Shown: positions 49,775-58,519, counted from the first letter of the stretch. The stretch is 64,000 bases of DNA from Bacillota bacterium (GCA_021771915.1 JAETNY010000004.1:80945-144944); one strand, 5' to 3'. Made by a program: numbers and translations. The notes: generated by a model not told the origin, from the letters alone.

Positions 49775-49965
49775 TAAATAAAATAAAAGAATTGCGTAAA
49801 ATCAAGGGATATCGCCAGGAGGATTTAGCCAAAGCGCTGAATGTTTCGCGACAGACAATTATTGCTATTGAAAATAATAAATATAATCCAACGCTGGAGT
49901 TGGCAATGAAACTGGCCCGTTATCTGGAAACAACTGTGGAAGAACTTTTTAGATTGGAGGATTGA
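49771..49965 (+). CDS. small XRE/Cro-C1-type HTH transcriptional regulator (YozG-like, 64 aa)
   Basis: GYRQEDLAKALNVSRQTIIAIENNKYNPTLELA. It is a paralogue of the regulator at 48993..49196. Confidence 0.9.
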   Translation: MINKIKELRKIKGYRQEDLAKALNVSRQTIIAIENNKYNPTLELAMKLARYLETTVEELFRLED

Positions 49966-50288
49966 AAATGGAAAAAAGGATAAAAAATATGTTGCCATAT
50001 CTGGGCATTTTAGCTGTTGATTTTTATTTATTGCCTTTTTTTATGCAAAACACCGGAGCCGCTATGCTTATTATGTTGTGCATTATGCCGCTTATTGCTT
50101 TATTAGTTGGTCTGCTGTATGGAGTACGGCATGGTTTTAATATCTGGCTTGCCGCAGCTGCTTTTCTATTGTTTATACCCACACTTTTTATTCATTATAA
50201 TCTTTCGGCTTGGGTGTATGCACCGCTTTATGCTGTTATTATACTGCTTGGTAACGGGATAGGCAGAGCATTTTATGGCAAAAAATAA
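49962..50288 (+). CDS. small three/four-TM membrane protein, last gene of XRE module 2
   Basis: About 106-108 aa and hydrophobic. The likely start is ATG 49968, after RBS GGAGGA, overlapping the XRE stop region. Confidence 0.6.
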   Translation: MKMEKRIKNMLPYLGILAVDFYLLPFFMQNTGAAMLIMLCIMPLIALLVGLLYGVRHGFNIWLAAAAFLLFIPTLFIHYNLSAWVYAPLYAVIILLGNGIGRAFYGKK

Positions 50289-50330
50289 TTGCCGTCCCTT
50301 TTCAAAACAGAAACGGCATGTTATTAAATG

Positions 50331-50376
50331 AAATAAATATACCATCATTAGAAAATGATGGTATATTTATTTTTTG
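50331..50376. terminator. bidirectional terminator between convergent genes
   Basis: A 19-bp stem, AAATAAATATACCATCATT / AATGATGGTATATTTATTT, followed by a T-run. Confidence 0.85.
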
Positions 50377-50379
50377 AAA

Positions 50380-51444
50380 TTATGGCCGGCAGGTACCACA
50401 TGGAGAGTATCCCTGCATAATCAATTCGTCACGCGTACCGGTAAAACTTTGCTGGTTAAGACTATTGCCACCTTTTAAGCCAGAACAGTTGGGTTTATGA
50501 AAACGCAGACTGTTGGTGTTCAAAATATAGGTTTGCTGACCAGTTGCATAATTATAACCGTCATTAGCCGGGCCGAGAGGTGTAAAGGTAACTGTTTTGC
50601 CGTCACTTTGGGCGATAATTGTTCCCTGTAAATCGGTACGGTAAACGGCAATGCCTGCTTCATGCAGCTTAACCATAGTTTCCTGATGGGGGTGGCCATA
50701 AGTGTTGCCGGTTTCACAGGAAATAACGGCGTATTCCGGGTTCACTATACGCAGAAAATCGTCACTGGTTGAAGTGCTGCTACCGTGGTGGCCAACCTTT
50801 AATACTGTGCTTTGCAAATTACGACCAGAATTAAGCATGGCCTGTTCAGAAAGAACCTCGGCGTCGCCAGTGAATAAAAATGAAGTTTCTCCGTAAACCA
50901 CACGCATAACAATAGAGGTATTGTTGGTATCCTCATAGTCTTCAAGAGGTGCCAAAACGGTAACCTCTGCTTCGCCCAGCGTTAGCTTGTCGCCGGGGCT
51001 GGGAATAGTAATTTGCTTATTTTGGGCTTGCACATATTTAACATAATCACGGAAAGCTTTGGTATCATATTCCGCAACCGGGGCAAAAGCATAGTCAATC
51101 GTAGCTTCATTCAGCGCGCCGGCCAAACCGCCAACATGGTCTTCATGCGCATGTGTGTTAACTATGTATTTTAAGTGATTGACATTATATTTTTGTAAAT
51201 AGGCATAAATTAAATCAGAGTCTGCCACATTGCCGCCGTCAATCAACATAGCTTCATCGCCGCAAAGCAACAATGCACAATCAGCCTGTCCAACATCAAT
51301 AAAATGTACGGCAAGTCCATCGGTATGCACCGGCATATTAACCGGTTCTTTTTGTAAATCAGCCAGAACATAAGCCAGCACCAACAGAAGCAGGAAAATA
51401 ATAATACTTTGAGGAGAGCGTTTAGATTTACTCAAGTATAACAC
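50380..51444 (-). CDS. membrane-anchored or exported MBL-fold hydrolase related to the ComEC C-terminal domain, with a Cys-containing C-terminal module
   Basis: N-terminal TM, DVGQADC, HAHEDHVGG and KVGHHGS motifs. The C-terminus is FHKPNCSG...CGTCRP. The start may be TTG 51435. Confidence 0.85.
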   Translation of the reverse strand: MLYLSKSKRSPQSIIIFLLLLVLAYVLADLQKEPVNMPVHTDGLAVHFIDVGQADCALLLCGDEAMLIDGGNVADSDLIYAYLQKYNVNHLKYIVNTHAHEDHVGGLAGALNEATIDYAFAPVAEYDTKAFRDYVKYVQAQNKQITIPSPGDKLTLGEAEVTVLAPLEDYEDTNNTSIVMRVVYGETSFLFTGDAEVLSEQAMLNSGRNLQSTVLKVGHHGSSTSTSDDFLRIVNPEYAVISCETGNTYGHPHQETMVKLHEAGIAVYRTDLQGTIIAQSDGKTVTFTPLGPANDGYNYATGQQTYILNTNSLRFHKPNCSGLKGGNSLNQQSFTGTRDELIMQGYSPCGTCRP

Positions 51445-51568
51445 CTCGCTTTTACTTTAATACGTTATATATAATAGCATTTTTAACCGGTCTATGTAAA
51501 GACTCAAGCGGAATTTTTTGGTATTTTGTAAAAAAAACTGGTTATATAAATTTTTTTATTTTTAGGGC

Positions 51569-51616
51569 TTGACATAAAGCGTTATATCGTATATACTGTT
51601 TATAAACAATATATAC
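51569..51616 (+). promoter_or_regulatory. consensus promoter with a 28-bp palindromic operator (YtrA-type autoregulation site)
   Basis: TTGACA (51569-51574), a 17-nt spacer, then TATACT (51592-51597). GTATATACTGTTTA|TAAACAATATATAC (51589-51616) overlaps the -10. More GTATA-containing repeats lie at 51626-51653. Confidence 0.6.
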
Positions 51617-51731
51617 AGCAAGCACAGTATGCTCAGTATATAGTATGAGTATAAGGCATGTTGTTTAGTGTATGATGTGCATGGCTTGTGGAGCGCTAAA
51701 AAAAATCAGGAAAGCGAGGTGATTTTAATTA

Positions 51732-52106
51732 ATGGATATCATAATCTCCAATGCTGTGAATCAGCCGATTTATGAGCAGATTTATACCCAGATTAAAAAC
51801 CAGATTATTTCTGGCAAACTGGCGGAAGATGAAATGCTGACATCTATTCGGGCACTGGCCAAGGATTTACGGATTTCTGTTATCACCACAAAACGCGCTT
51901 ATGACGAGCTTGAAAAAGAGGGTTTTATTTATGCACGTTCAGGCAAAGGTTTTTTTGTTGCCAAAAAGGATTTGAAGCTGGTGCGAGAGGGCAATCTAAA
52001 GCTTATTGAGGAATACTTACAGAAAATTAGTGCGCTGGCTGAGGCATGTAGCCTTGAAGAAGATGAGATAATAGAAATGTATAGGGTGATTAAAGAACAG
52101 GGCTAA
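51732..52106 (+). CDS. GntR-family transcriptional regulator, YtrA subfamily (short C-terminal domain)
   Basis: 124 aa with the winged-HTH segment PIYEQIYTQIKNQIISGKL...LTSIRALAKDLRISVITTKRAYDELEKEGFI. Confidence 0.9.
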   Translation: MDIIISNAVNQPIYEQIYTQIKNQIISGKLAEDEMLTSIRALAKDLRISVITTKRAYDELEKEGFIYARSGKGFFVAKKDLKLVREGNLKLIEEYLQKISALAEACSLEEDEIIEMYRVIKEQG

Positions 52107-52130
52107 TCTTTTGTAGTCTATGATTAAAAA

Positions 52131-53207
52131 TTGAATAACAGGAGTTGGGTAAGAATGGGTGATAGTTTTTGTGTAGCTCTAATTCCGGCTTATGAGCCAG
52201 ATAATCTGCTTTTGGATTTACTTCATGATTTGCGTGTGGCGGGTATTAAAGCCGTGGTGGTTGATGATGGCAGTGGGCCGGACTTTGCCGGGATATTTAA
52301 GCAGGCTTGTGAGTTAGCCACTGTGTTGAGTTATGAGCAAAATCAGGGCAAAGGGCATGCCCTTAAGTTTGGTTTGAATTATATTAATGAGCATATTCAG
52401 GGTCGATATGTGGTAGTCACCTTGGATGCTGATGGTCAGCATAGAGTGGAAGATGCTGAACGAGTTTGTGACGCTGCCCAACGTCAGCCGGGAACATTGG
52501 TTTTAGGCAGCCGTAAACAGGGTAATGGTTCACCACTACGCAGTCGTTTGGGCAATTTTGTAACGCGCAAGGTGTATAGCTTAAGTACTGGACATACTGT
52601 CTATGATACGCAAACCGGGCTTCGGGCTTTTGACGCCCAGCTGTTGCCGTTTCTGCTGCAAGTACCTGGTGAGCGTTATGAATATGAAATGAATGTGCTT
52701 TTGGCCGCAGTACGTGAGGGTATAAATATTGAAGAGGTTACAATCAGCACCATTTATCTGGAGGATAATTGTCGCTCCCATTTTTCAGCGGTTCGCGACT
52801 CATGGCGTGTTTTTAAGGAAATATTAAAATTTTCCGCCATATCTTTGATTAGCTGTTGCGTTGATTATTTGGCCTATATTCTGCTGCTGATGATAAGCGG
52901 TAACCAGCTGGCTTTTGCTAACATCAGCGCTCGCTTTATAAGTGCTGGCTTAAATTTCAGCTTAAACCGCAAATATATTTTCAAAAGTGAGGGACGTTTG
53001 TGGCAATCTGCATTTCAATATTTTTTGCTGGCCTCATTCATTTTGTTAAGTAACACATTGGTATTAAGTATGCTAGTAAACTATGGCGTTAATGAATATT
53101 TTGCTAAACTGATAACCGAAATTATGTTTTTCAGCATGAGTTGGCTGGTGCAACGGTTTATTATTTTCCGCAAAAAAAGACCTATGGGAAGCTGCATTAT
53201 TAATTAA
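52131..53207 (+). CDS. family 2 glycosyltransferase fused to a GtrA-like four-TM domain
   Basis: The GT2 core has IPAYEP, VVDDGS and the DxD motif LDADGQH. The C-terminal GtrA-like helices contain FSLNRKYIF. The likely start is ATG 52155, after AGGAG. Confidence 0.85.
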   Translation: MNNRSWVRMGDSFCVALIPAYEPDNLLLDLLHDLRVAGIKAVVVDDGSGPDFAGIFKQACELATVLSYEQNQGKGHALKFGLNYINEHIQGRYVVVTLDADGQHRVEDAERVCDAAQRQPGTLVLGSRKQGNGSPLRSRLGNFVTRKVYSLSTGHTVYDTQTGLRAFDAQLLPFLLQVPGERYEYEMNVLLAAVREGINIEEVTISTIYLEDNCRSHFSAVRDSWRVFKEILKFSAISLISCCVDYLAYILLLMISGNQLAFANISARFISAGLNFSLNRKYIFKSEGRLWQSAFQYFLLASFILLSNTLVLSMLVNYGVNEYFAKLITEIMFFSMSWLVQRFIIFRKKRPMGSCIIN

Positions 53208-53233
53208 GTAATTATATAGGAGGAAATTAAGGT

Positions 53234-54097
53234 ATGTGTGTAAATGGCGAAAATGCGATTGAAGTACAGGGCTTATGCAAATATTATAATTCATTCGCTT
53301 TGCAGGATGTTAGTTTTCAGCTGCCCAGCGGCAGTATTCTGGGGCTGGTTGGAGAAAATGGAGCCGGCAAAACCACATTAATTAAGCTGCTGTTAAACGC
53401 AATTAAGCCAGACGCTGGTCGGGCTATAATTTTGGGACAGGATAACCAAAAGCCGGATTTTGTGCAGTTGAAGCAGGATATTGGCGTGGTGCTTGATGAA
53501 GCCTATTTTCCCACCGTATTGAATGTTAAACAGGTTAACAAAATAATGCAGCACACATATGTTAATTGGGATAAAGAGCTTTTTGCGCGGTTGTTAAATC
53601 AGTTTTCATTGCCACAGGATAAAAAGTTTAGCGAGTTTTCACGCGGCATGAAAATGAAGCTGGCGATTGCCGTAGCAATGGCGCATCACCCCAGACTTTT
53701 AGTGCTGGACGAAGCTACTGGTGGTCTGGACCCTATGGTGCGCGATGAAATTTTAGATATTTTTATGGACTTTACACGCGAAGAAAACCATTCAGTTTTA
53801 TTATCCTCACATATTGTCAGCGATTTGGAAAAGATTTGTGATTATGTGGCTTTTCTGCATAAAGGCCGATTACAGTTCTGTGAGGAAAAGGATTGCCTGC
53901 TGGAGGAATATGCACTGGTGAAGCTAAGTCAGACCGATTTTGCGGATTTGCCGGAGGAGGCCGTTTTAAGCCGGCGAAATTCTGCCTATGGTATTGAGGC
54001 GTTGGTGCATAAGCCGCAGATTTCTGATATTTTTATAACTGAACATACCAGTCTTGAGGATATAATTTTATTCATGGCCAAAGGGGATAGAAAATAA
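53234..54097 (+). CDS. ABC transporter ATP-binding protein (ABC-2 / YtrB-like)
   Basis: Walker A GENGAGKTT, signature FSRGMKMKL and Walker B LLVLDEAT. Confidence 0.93.
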   Translation: MCVNGENAIEVQGLCKYYNSFALQDVSFQLPSGSILGLVGENGAGKTTLIKLLLNAIKPDAGRAIILGQDNQKPDFVQLKQDIGVVLDEAYFPTVLNVKQVNKIMQHTYVNWDKELFARLLNQFSLPQDKKFSEFSRGMKMKLAIAVAMAHHPRLLVLDEATGGLDPMVRDEILDIFMDFTREENHSVLLSSHIVSDLEKICDYVAFLHKGRLQFCEEKDCLLEEYALVKLSQTDFADLPEEAVLSRRNSAYGIEALVHKPQISDIFITEHTSLEDIILFMAKGDRK

Positions 54098-54693
54098 TGC
54101 GTGCGTTAATGTTAAAAGATATTTATGTTCTGTTGCGACAATTAAAATTATTTGTAATCGTTATGGTGATATTTGCCCTGGCCTTTCAGGAAAATGCAGT
54201 CAGCTTTATCATCTTTTATGCTGCTATGTTAACGGTTAGCAGTATGGCCTATGATGAACAATCTAAATGGCCGCAGCTGGCAATGATGCTGCCTTATTCA
54301 ATACGCGATATTGTTTTAAGCAAATATTTATTAGGCTGGTTAATGATTGGCGGCATGACATTGCTTTCAATGTTGCAGATTTTCATTGACATAGAGTATG
54401 TTTGGGTTTCGCTGGTTGTGGCTTGTGTAGCGATGTCTTTTATGGCTGTTATTCTGCCGCTGGTTTTCTGGCTGGGTACAGAAAAGGGACGTATGCTGAT
54501 GATTGCGATGATGGCCGCTGTTTTTGGTGTGGTTAGCGCTATTGGTTATATTAGCATTGTTTATGGCCTTAATTTGCCTACTGATAATTATATAGTTTTA
54601 TTAATAGCTTGCCTGTTTGGTGTAGTGCTGTTAAATGCAGGTTCGGTTATGCTTTCCATTAAGCTGTATAAACGCCGTTTGTTGCATGATTAA
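54097..54693 (+). CDS. ABC-2 type transporter permease
   Basis: 198 aa with six TMs and an MLKDIY-type N-terminus. Its ATG overlaps the ATPase stop (TAATG). Confidence 0.7.
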   Translation: MRALMLKDIYVLLRQLKLFVIVMVIFALAFQENAVSFIIFYAAMLTVSSMAYDEQSKWPQLAMMLPYSIRDIVLSKYLLGWLMIGGMTLLSMLQIFIDIEYVWVSLVVACVAMSFMAVILPLVFWLGTEKGRMLMIAMMAAVFGVVSAIGYISIVYGLNLPTDNYIVLLIACLFGVVLLNAGSVMLSIKLYKRRLLHD

Positions 54694-54741
54694 TGGTTAA
54701 AACCGGTTTTGTTTGATTAGTGTGATAGGAGATTTTACAAA

Positions 54742-55398
54742 ATGCTAAGATATTTTTTACCTGTATTTGCTGACGTTGTACCATCTGCGGTAATTTTATT
54801 GCTTGGTCTGCTGATTTGGTTTTATTTTGCCAAAAAAAACGGCAAAACTTATACTCTCGCTCAAAAGCTGGGTATCGTTTTGTTTATTGTGTATTTGTTG
54901 GCTGTCTGTTCCAAAGTAGGTATTCCTTCTATTAAATATATGCACCTTGATTTCAGCATTAATCTGCTGCCGCTGGTGGACATGCTGGAGGAACCTGTGC
55001 GCAGCACAATACTCAATCTGCTGAATGTATTAATGTTTGTACCGTTGGGTTTGCTGTTGCCAGCCGTCTGGCCATATTACCGTTCCTGGCGGCGTATGAT
55101 TTTAACTGGTTTTAGCTTTTCTCTTTCCATTGAGTTATTGCAGCTTTTCAGTTGGCGCTTAACGGATATTGACGATTTGCTGACTAATACTCTTGGTGCA
55201 GTTTTAGGATATGGTCTTTTCCGGCTTATTTACCTGCTGTTAAAGAAAGAACCGCCAGCAATAGGAGGAGATATCAACTGGGAGCCCTGGTTGATTTGGC
55301 TGGCCTGTTTGTTTATAACTATTTTGGTTGTACCATTTTTACCAGAGGCGGTTCGTAATTGGTTTTTATACACACCGTTTTGGCAGGGTACACATTGA
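54742..55398 (+). CDS. VanZ-family membrane protein
   Basis: NLLNVLMFVPLG, SLSIELLQLF and DIDDLLTNTLGAVLGY motifs. Confidence 0.8.
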   Translation: MLRYFLPVFADVVPSAVILLLGLLIWFYFAKKNGKTYTLAQKLGIVLFIVYLLAVCSKVGIPSIKYMHLDFSINLLPLVDMLEEPVRSTILNLLNVLMFVPLGLLLPAVWPYYRSWRRMILTGFSFSLSIELLQLFSWRLTDIDDLLTNTLGAVLGYGLFRLIYLLLKKEPPAIGGDINWEPWLIWLACLFITILVVPFLPEAVRNWFLYTPFWQGTH

Positions 55399-55415
55399 AA
55401 TATTAATATGCACTT

Positions 55416-55445
55416 AAAAATCCGGTTTAAACCGGATTTTTTTTG
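55416..55445 (+). terminator. Rho-independent terminator after vanZ
   Basis: ATCCGGT-TTAA-ACCGGAT followed by T8. Confidence 0.85.
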
Positions 55446-55502
55446 TAAAAAATTAAATAACATATAGAACTTTTTCTGGAATAATGTTATAATAGGTATA
55501 AA

Positions 55503-56771
55503 TTGAAATTTTACTTCTTTGTAAGGAGCGTGTTTCAGGTGAAAAAGAGGGCTTTATTAGGCATAATTTGCTTTTTAATGCTGTTTTTTCCTGGTTGTGG
55601 CATATGGGGGCAGGAGGATAATCAGGTAATAGCCAAGCCGGAAAATGTGGAACTTCTGGTTTGGGGTGCGGAGGAAGATAAGGAACTTTTACAGCAGATT
55701 TTTGCCAGCTTTCAGACAGAATATCAGGGGCAGGCCATTTTTTCTATAACTTATGCCCCTATGAGTGAGTCAAAATGTAAGGATACGCTGCTAGCCAACT
55801 TGGAGCAGGGAGCCGACGTCTTTACTTTTGCTGATGACCAGCTAAATGCTTTGGCCGCCGCTGGAGCATTAGAACCGTTGCTTGAACCACAGCCAATAAA
55901 AGAAGCCAATTTAACCAATGCTGTGGAAGCCGCATCAGTTGGCGATATACTTTATGCGTATCCTTTAACAGCTGACAATGGTTATTTTCTTTACTATGAT
56001 AAGCGCTATTTTAATGAAGAAGATGTAAAAACTCTTGACGGAATGTTAGCCATTGCCGCCAGAAACAATAAAAAACTGACTATGGACTGGTCTTCGGCCT
56101 GGTACGTTTATGCTTTCTTTGGTAACACTGGTCTGGAAGTTGGCTTAAACCCGGACGGTATCACCAATTTTTGCACCTGGAACCAAACCGGCGGCGATAT
56201 CACTGGTGTTGATGTTGCACAGGCTATGTTGAATATTGCCAGAAGTGGCGGTTTTGCCAATCGGACAGATACACAGTTTGTAGATGGTGTGCGTAATGGC
56301 TCGGTAATTGCAGGTGTTAGCGGTGTTTGGAATGCCGTAATTCTGGAAGATATTTGGGGTGAATATACCGGAGCGGCCAAGCTGCCAACATTTACCTGTG
56401 CTGGTCGTCAGATACAAATGGCTTCTTTTTCTGGCTGCAAGCTGGTTGGCGTAAACGCTTATTCGGCTCATAAGGAATGGGCTGATAAATTGGCGGCCTG
56501 GATTGCAAATGAGCAAAATCAACGTCTGCGTTTTACAATGCGAGGACAGGGGCCGGCCAATATTCAAGCTGCCGCTTCTGCTGAGGTTCAAAATTCTCCG
56601 GCTATTGCTGCATTGCTGGAGCAGGCAGAATTTTCCCAGCTGCAAAGAGTAGGCGGCAAATTTTGGGATCCCGTTACCTTATTTGCGCAAAATATAGCGT
56701 CTAATAACCGTACAGGTGAGGATTTACAGAAGCAGCTGGACAAAATGGTGGAAGCCATAACCCAGCGATAA
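55503..56771 (+). CDS. extracellular solute-binding lipoprotein (family 1, MalE-like) with no cognate permease or ATPase nearby
   Basis: Lipobox LFFPGCG and an SBP_bac_1-like fold (ELLVWGAEEDK, DVFTFADDQL, YPLTADNGYFLYY). The likely start is GTG 55539. Confidence 0.82.
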   Translation: MKFYFFVRSVFQVKKRALLGIICFLMLFFPGCGIWGQEDNQVIAKPENVELLVWGAEEDKELLQQIFASFQTEYQGQAIFSITYAPMSESKCKDTLLANLEQGADVFTFADDQLNALAAAGALEPLLEPQPIKEANLTNAVEAASVGDILYAYPLTADNGYFLYYDKRYFNEEDVKTLDGMLAIAARNNKKLTMDWSSAWYVYAFFGNTGLEVGLNPDGITNFCTWNQTGGDITGVDVAQAMLNIARSGGFANRTDTQFVDGVRNGSVIAGVSGVWNAVILEDIWGEYTGAAKLPTFTCAGRQIQMASFSGCKLVGVNAYSAHKEWADKLAAWIANEQNQRLRFTMRGQGPANIQAAASAEVQNSPAIAALLEQAEFSQLQRVGGKFWDPVTLFAQNIASNNRTGEDLQKQLDKMVEAITQR

Positions 56772-56817
56772 TTTTGTTAATATACAAAATATAAATGGCA
56801 ATAAGAGGCAATTAACT

Positions 56818-58416
56818 ATGAAAAGCAATTTTAATGATAAACTTACTATTCAGCAGCGTCTGATTTTGCCCATCATTTTATTGGGCGTTGTGGCGTTAAT
56901 CTCCAATATTTTAGCTATTTTCAGTATTAATAATGTTAATTCCAATGCGAAAAACATTGTTGAAAATTATATGGTTGGGGAAGAGAAGCTTAGTGAAATA
57001 CGTTATTTAATTTTGGATATTCATAAGATGGCGCTTTCTCATATTGTCGCTACCGATTATGATACCATGATAAAAGTTGTAGGGGATATCAAGGAAGATG
57101 AAGCCCAGTTAGATATTATCATTGCAGAGTATGCTGAGTATGTTTCAGAGAAAGACGGAGATTTGTATGACCAGCTTCTGGCCAATTATGATGCTTTCAA
57201 GCATTCTCTGGTATTCCTTTTGGGCGCCAGTGCGGACAGTCGCACACAAGAGGCCTATGCCTTTGCTAATGGTGATGTAGCCGCTTATGGCACTGCTGCG
57301 GCTAATAATATAAATCAGTTAAACGTTTCAACCAAGGCGCAGGCAGATAAAGCGCGGCAGCATCTGCAATTTGTTTACATAACATCTATTTTGATTGGTT
57401 TGCTGGCCATGCTGCTTGGTATAGTTCTGGTTTGGGCGGCTATTAAAATAATTCTTAAATATGTAATAACGCCTATTCGGGGTACTATATCAACTTTACA
57501 GGGCAGTTCAGAGCGTATTAATGATTTGGTAGGCGAGGTACGCAAGCGTACTAAAACATCAAACAAAAGCGCAGCAGATTTATCAAACCTGGCGGAAAAG
57601 CTTTCTGCCACTATACATGAAGTTGCAGATAACACTGCTAATATTAATAGCAATGCAGTTGACGTTAAAGGAGAAGTTAACAATATCGCGGAGGAATGTG
57701 CAGCTTTAGCTGAGTATTCTTTAGCCATGAAAGAACGTGCCAGCAATATGGAGGCCGCAGCGCAAAATAATATGGAAATTATCCAGTCTAAAGTGGCTGA
57801 AATTTTGCAGGTGCTTAGTCAGGCAATCGAGGAAAGTCATAGCGTTGACCAGGTTAATCTTTTATCTAAAGATATTATGCAGATTGCCGACACAACTAAT
57901 TTGATTGCTATTAACGCTTCTATTGAAGCCTCGCGCGCCGGTCATACGGGCAAAGGGTTTGCTATTGTGGCCACCGAAATTCGCAAACTGTCTGATTCAT
58001 GTGGTGAAACGGCCAGACATATTCAGTCAACTAATAAGATTGTAACCAGTGCTGTTTATAATCTGGCTCAAAATGCACAAGAGTTGGTTGATTATCTGAA
58101 CCAATCAATTTTAACCGAATTTCAGCAATTTGTTTATTCTGGCAAACAATATAAAAATGATGCGGCATATGTGCAAAGTTCCATGGAGTCATTTAACAGA
58201 CAAACGGAAAGTCTGCGTAATTCTATGGCAGAAATTGCTGCCTCACTGACAACTATCAGCCGGGCAATTAATGAGGGCGCCTCTGGTATTGCCGGAGTGG
58301 CTGGCAGTACACGTGGTTTGGTAGAGGATATGGGTGATATTGCTGGTCGTATGGATACAAATATGGAAATTGTAGCAGATTTACACAAACAAACCGAAGT
58401 ATTTGCCAACTTATAA
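56818..58416 (+). CDS. methyl-accepting chemotaxis protein with a 4-helix-bundle-type extracytoplasmic sensor
   Basis: Two TMs flank a periplasmic region of about 165 aa. The signalling hairpin is TNLIAINASIEASRAGHTGKGFAIVATEIRKLSD. Confidence 0.93.
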   Translation: MKSNFNDKLTIQQRLILPIILLGVVALISNILAIFSINNVNSNAKNIVENYMVGEEKLSEIRYLILDIHKMALSHIVATDYDTMIKVVGDIKEDEAQLDIIIAEYAEYVSEKDGDLYDQLLANYDAFKHSLVFLLGASADSRTQEAYAFANGDVAAYGTAAANNINQLNVSTKAQADKARQHLQFVYITSILIGLLAMLLGIVLVWAAIKIILKYVITPIRGTISTLQGSSERINDLVGEVRKRTKTSNKSAADLSNLAEKLSATIHEVADNTANINSNAVDVKGEVNNIAEECAALAEYSLAMKERASNMEAAAQNNMEIIQSKVAEILQVLSQAIEESHSVDQVNLLSKDIMQIADTTNLIAINASIEASRAGHTGKGFAIVATEIRKLSDSCGETARHIQSTNKIVTSAVYNLAQNAQELVDYLNQSILTEFQQFVYSGKQYKNDAAYVQSSMESFNRQTESLRNSMAEIAASLTTISRAINEGASGIAGVAGSTRGLVEDMGDIAGRMDTNMEIVADLHKQTEVFANL

Positions 58417-58484
58417 TAAATAAAACAGCAGTGAGTCATCGTTTATTAAAGAAACAATGGCTCACTGCTTATAATTATAATATA

Positions 58485-58519
58485 AAAAAGACTGATGATT
58501 TATTTCATCAGTCTTTTTT
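58485..58519. terminator. bidirectional terminator serving the MCP gene (+) and tRNA-Leu (-)
   Basis: AAAAAGACTGATGA pairs with TCATCAGTCTTTTT, with A/T runs on both sides. Confidence 0.8.
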
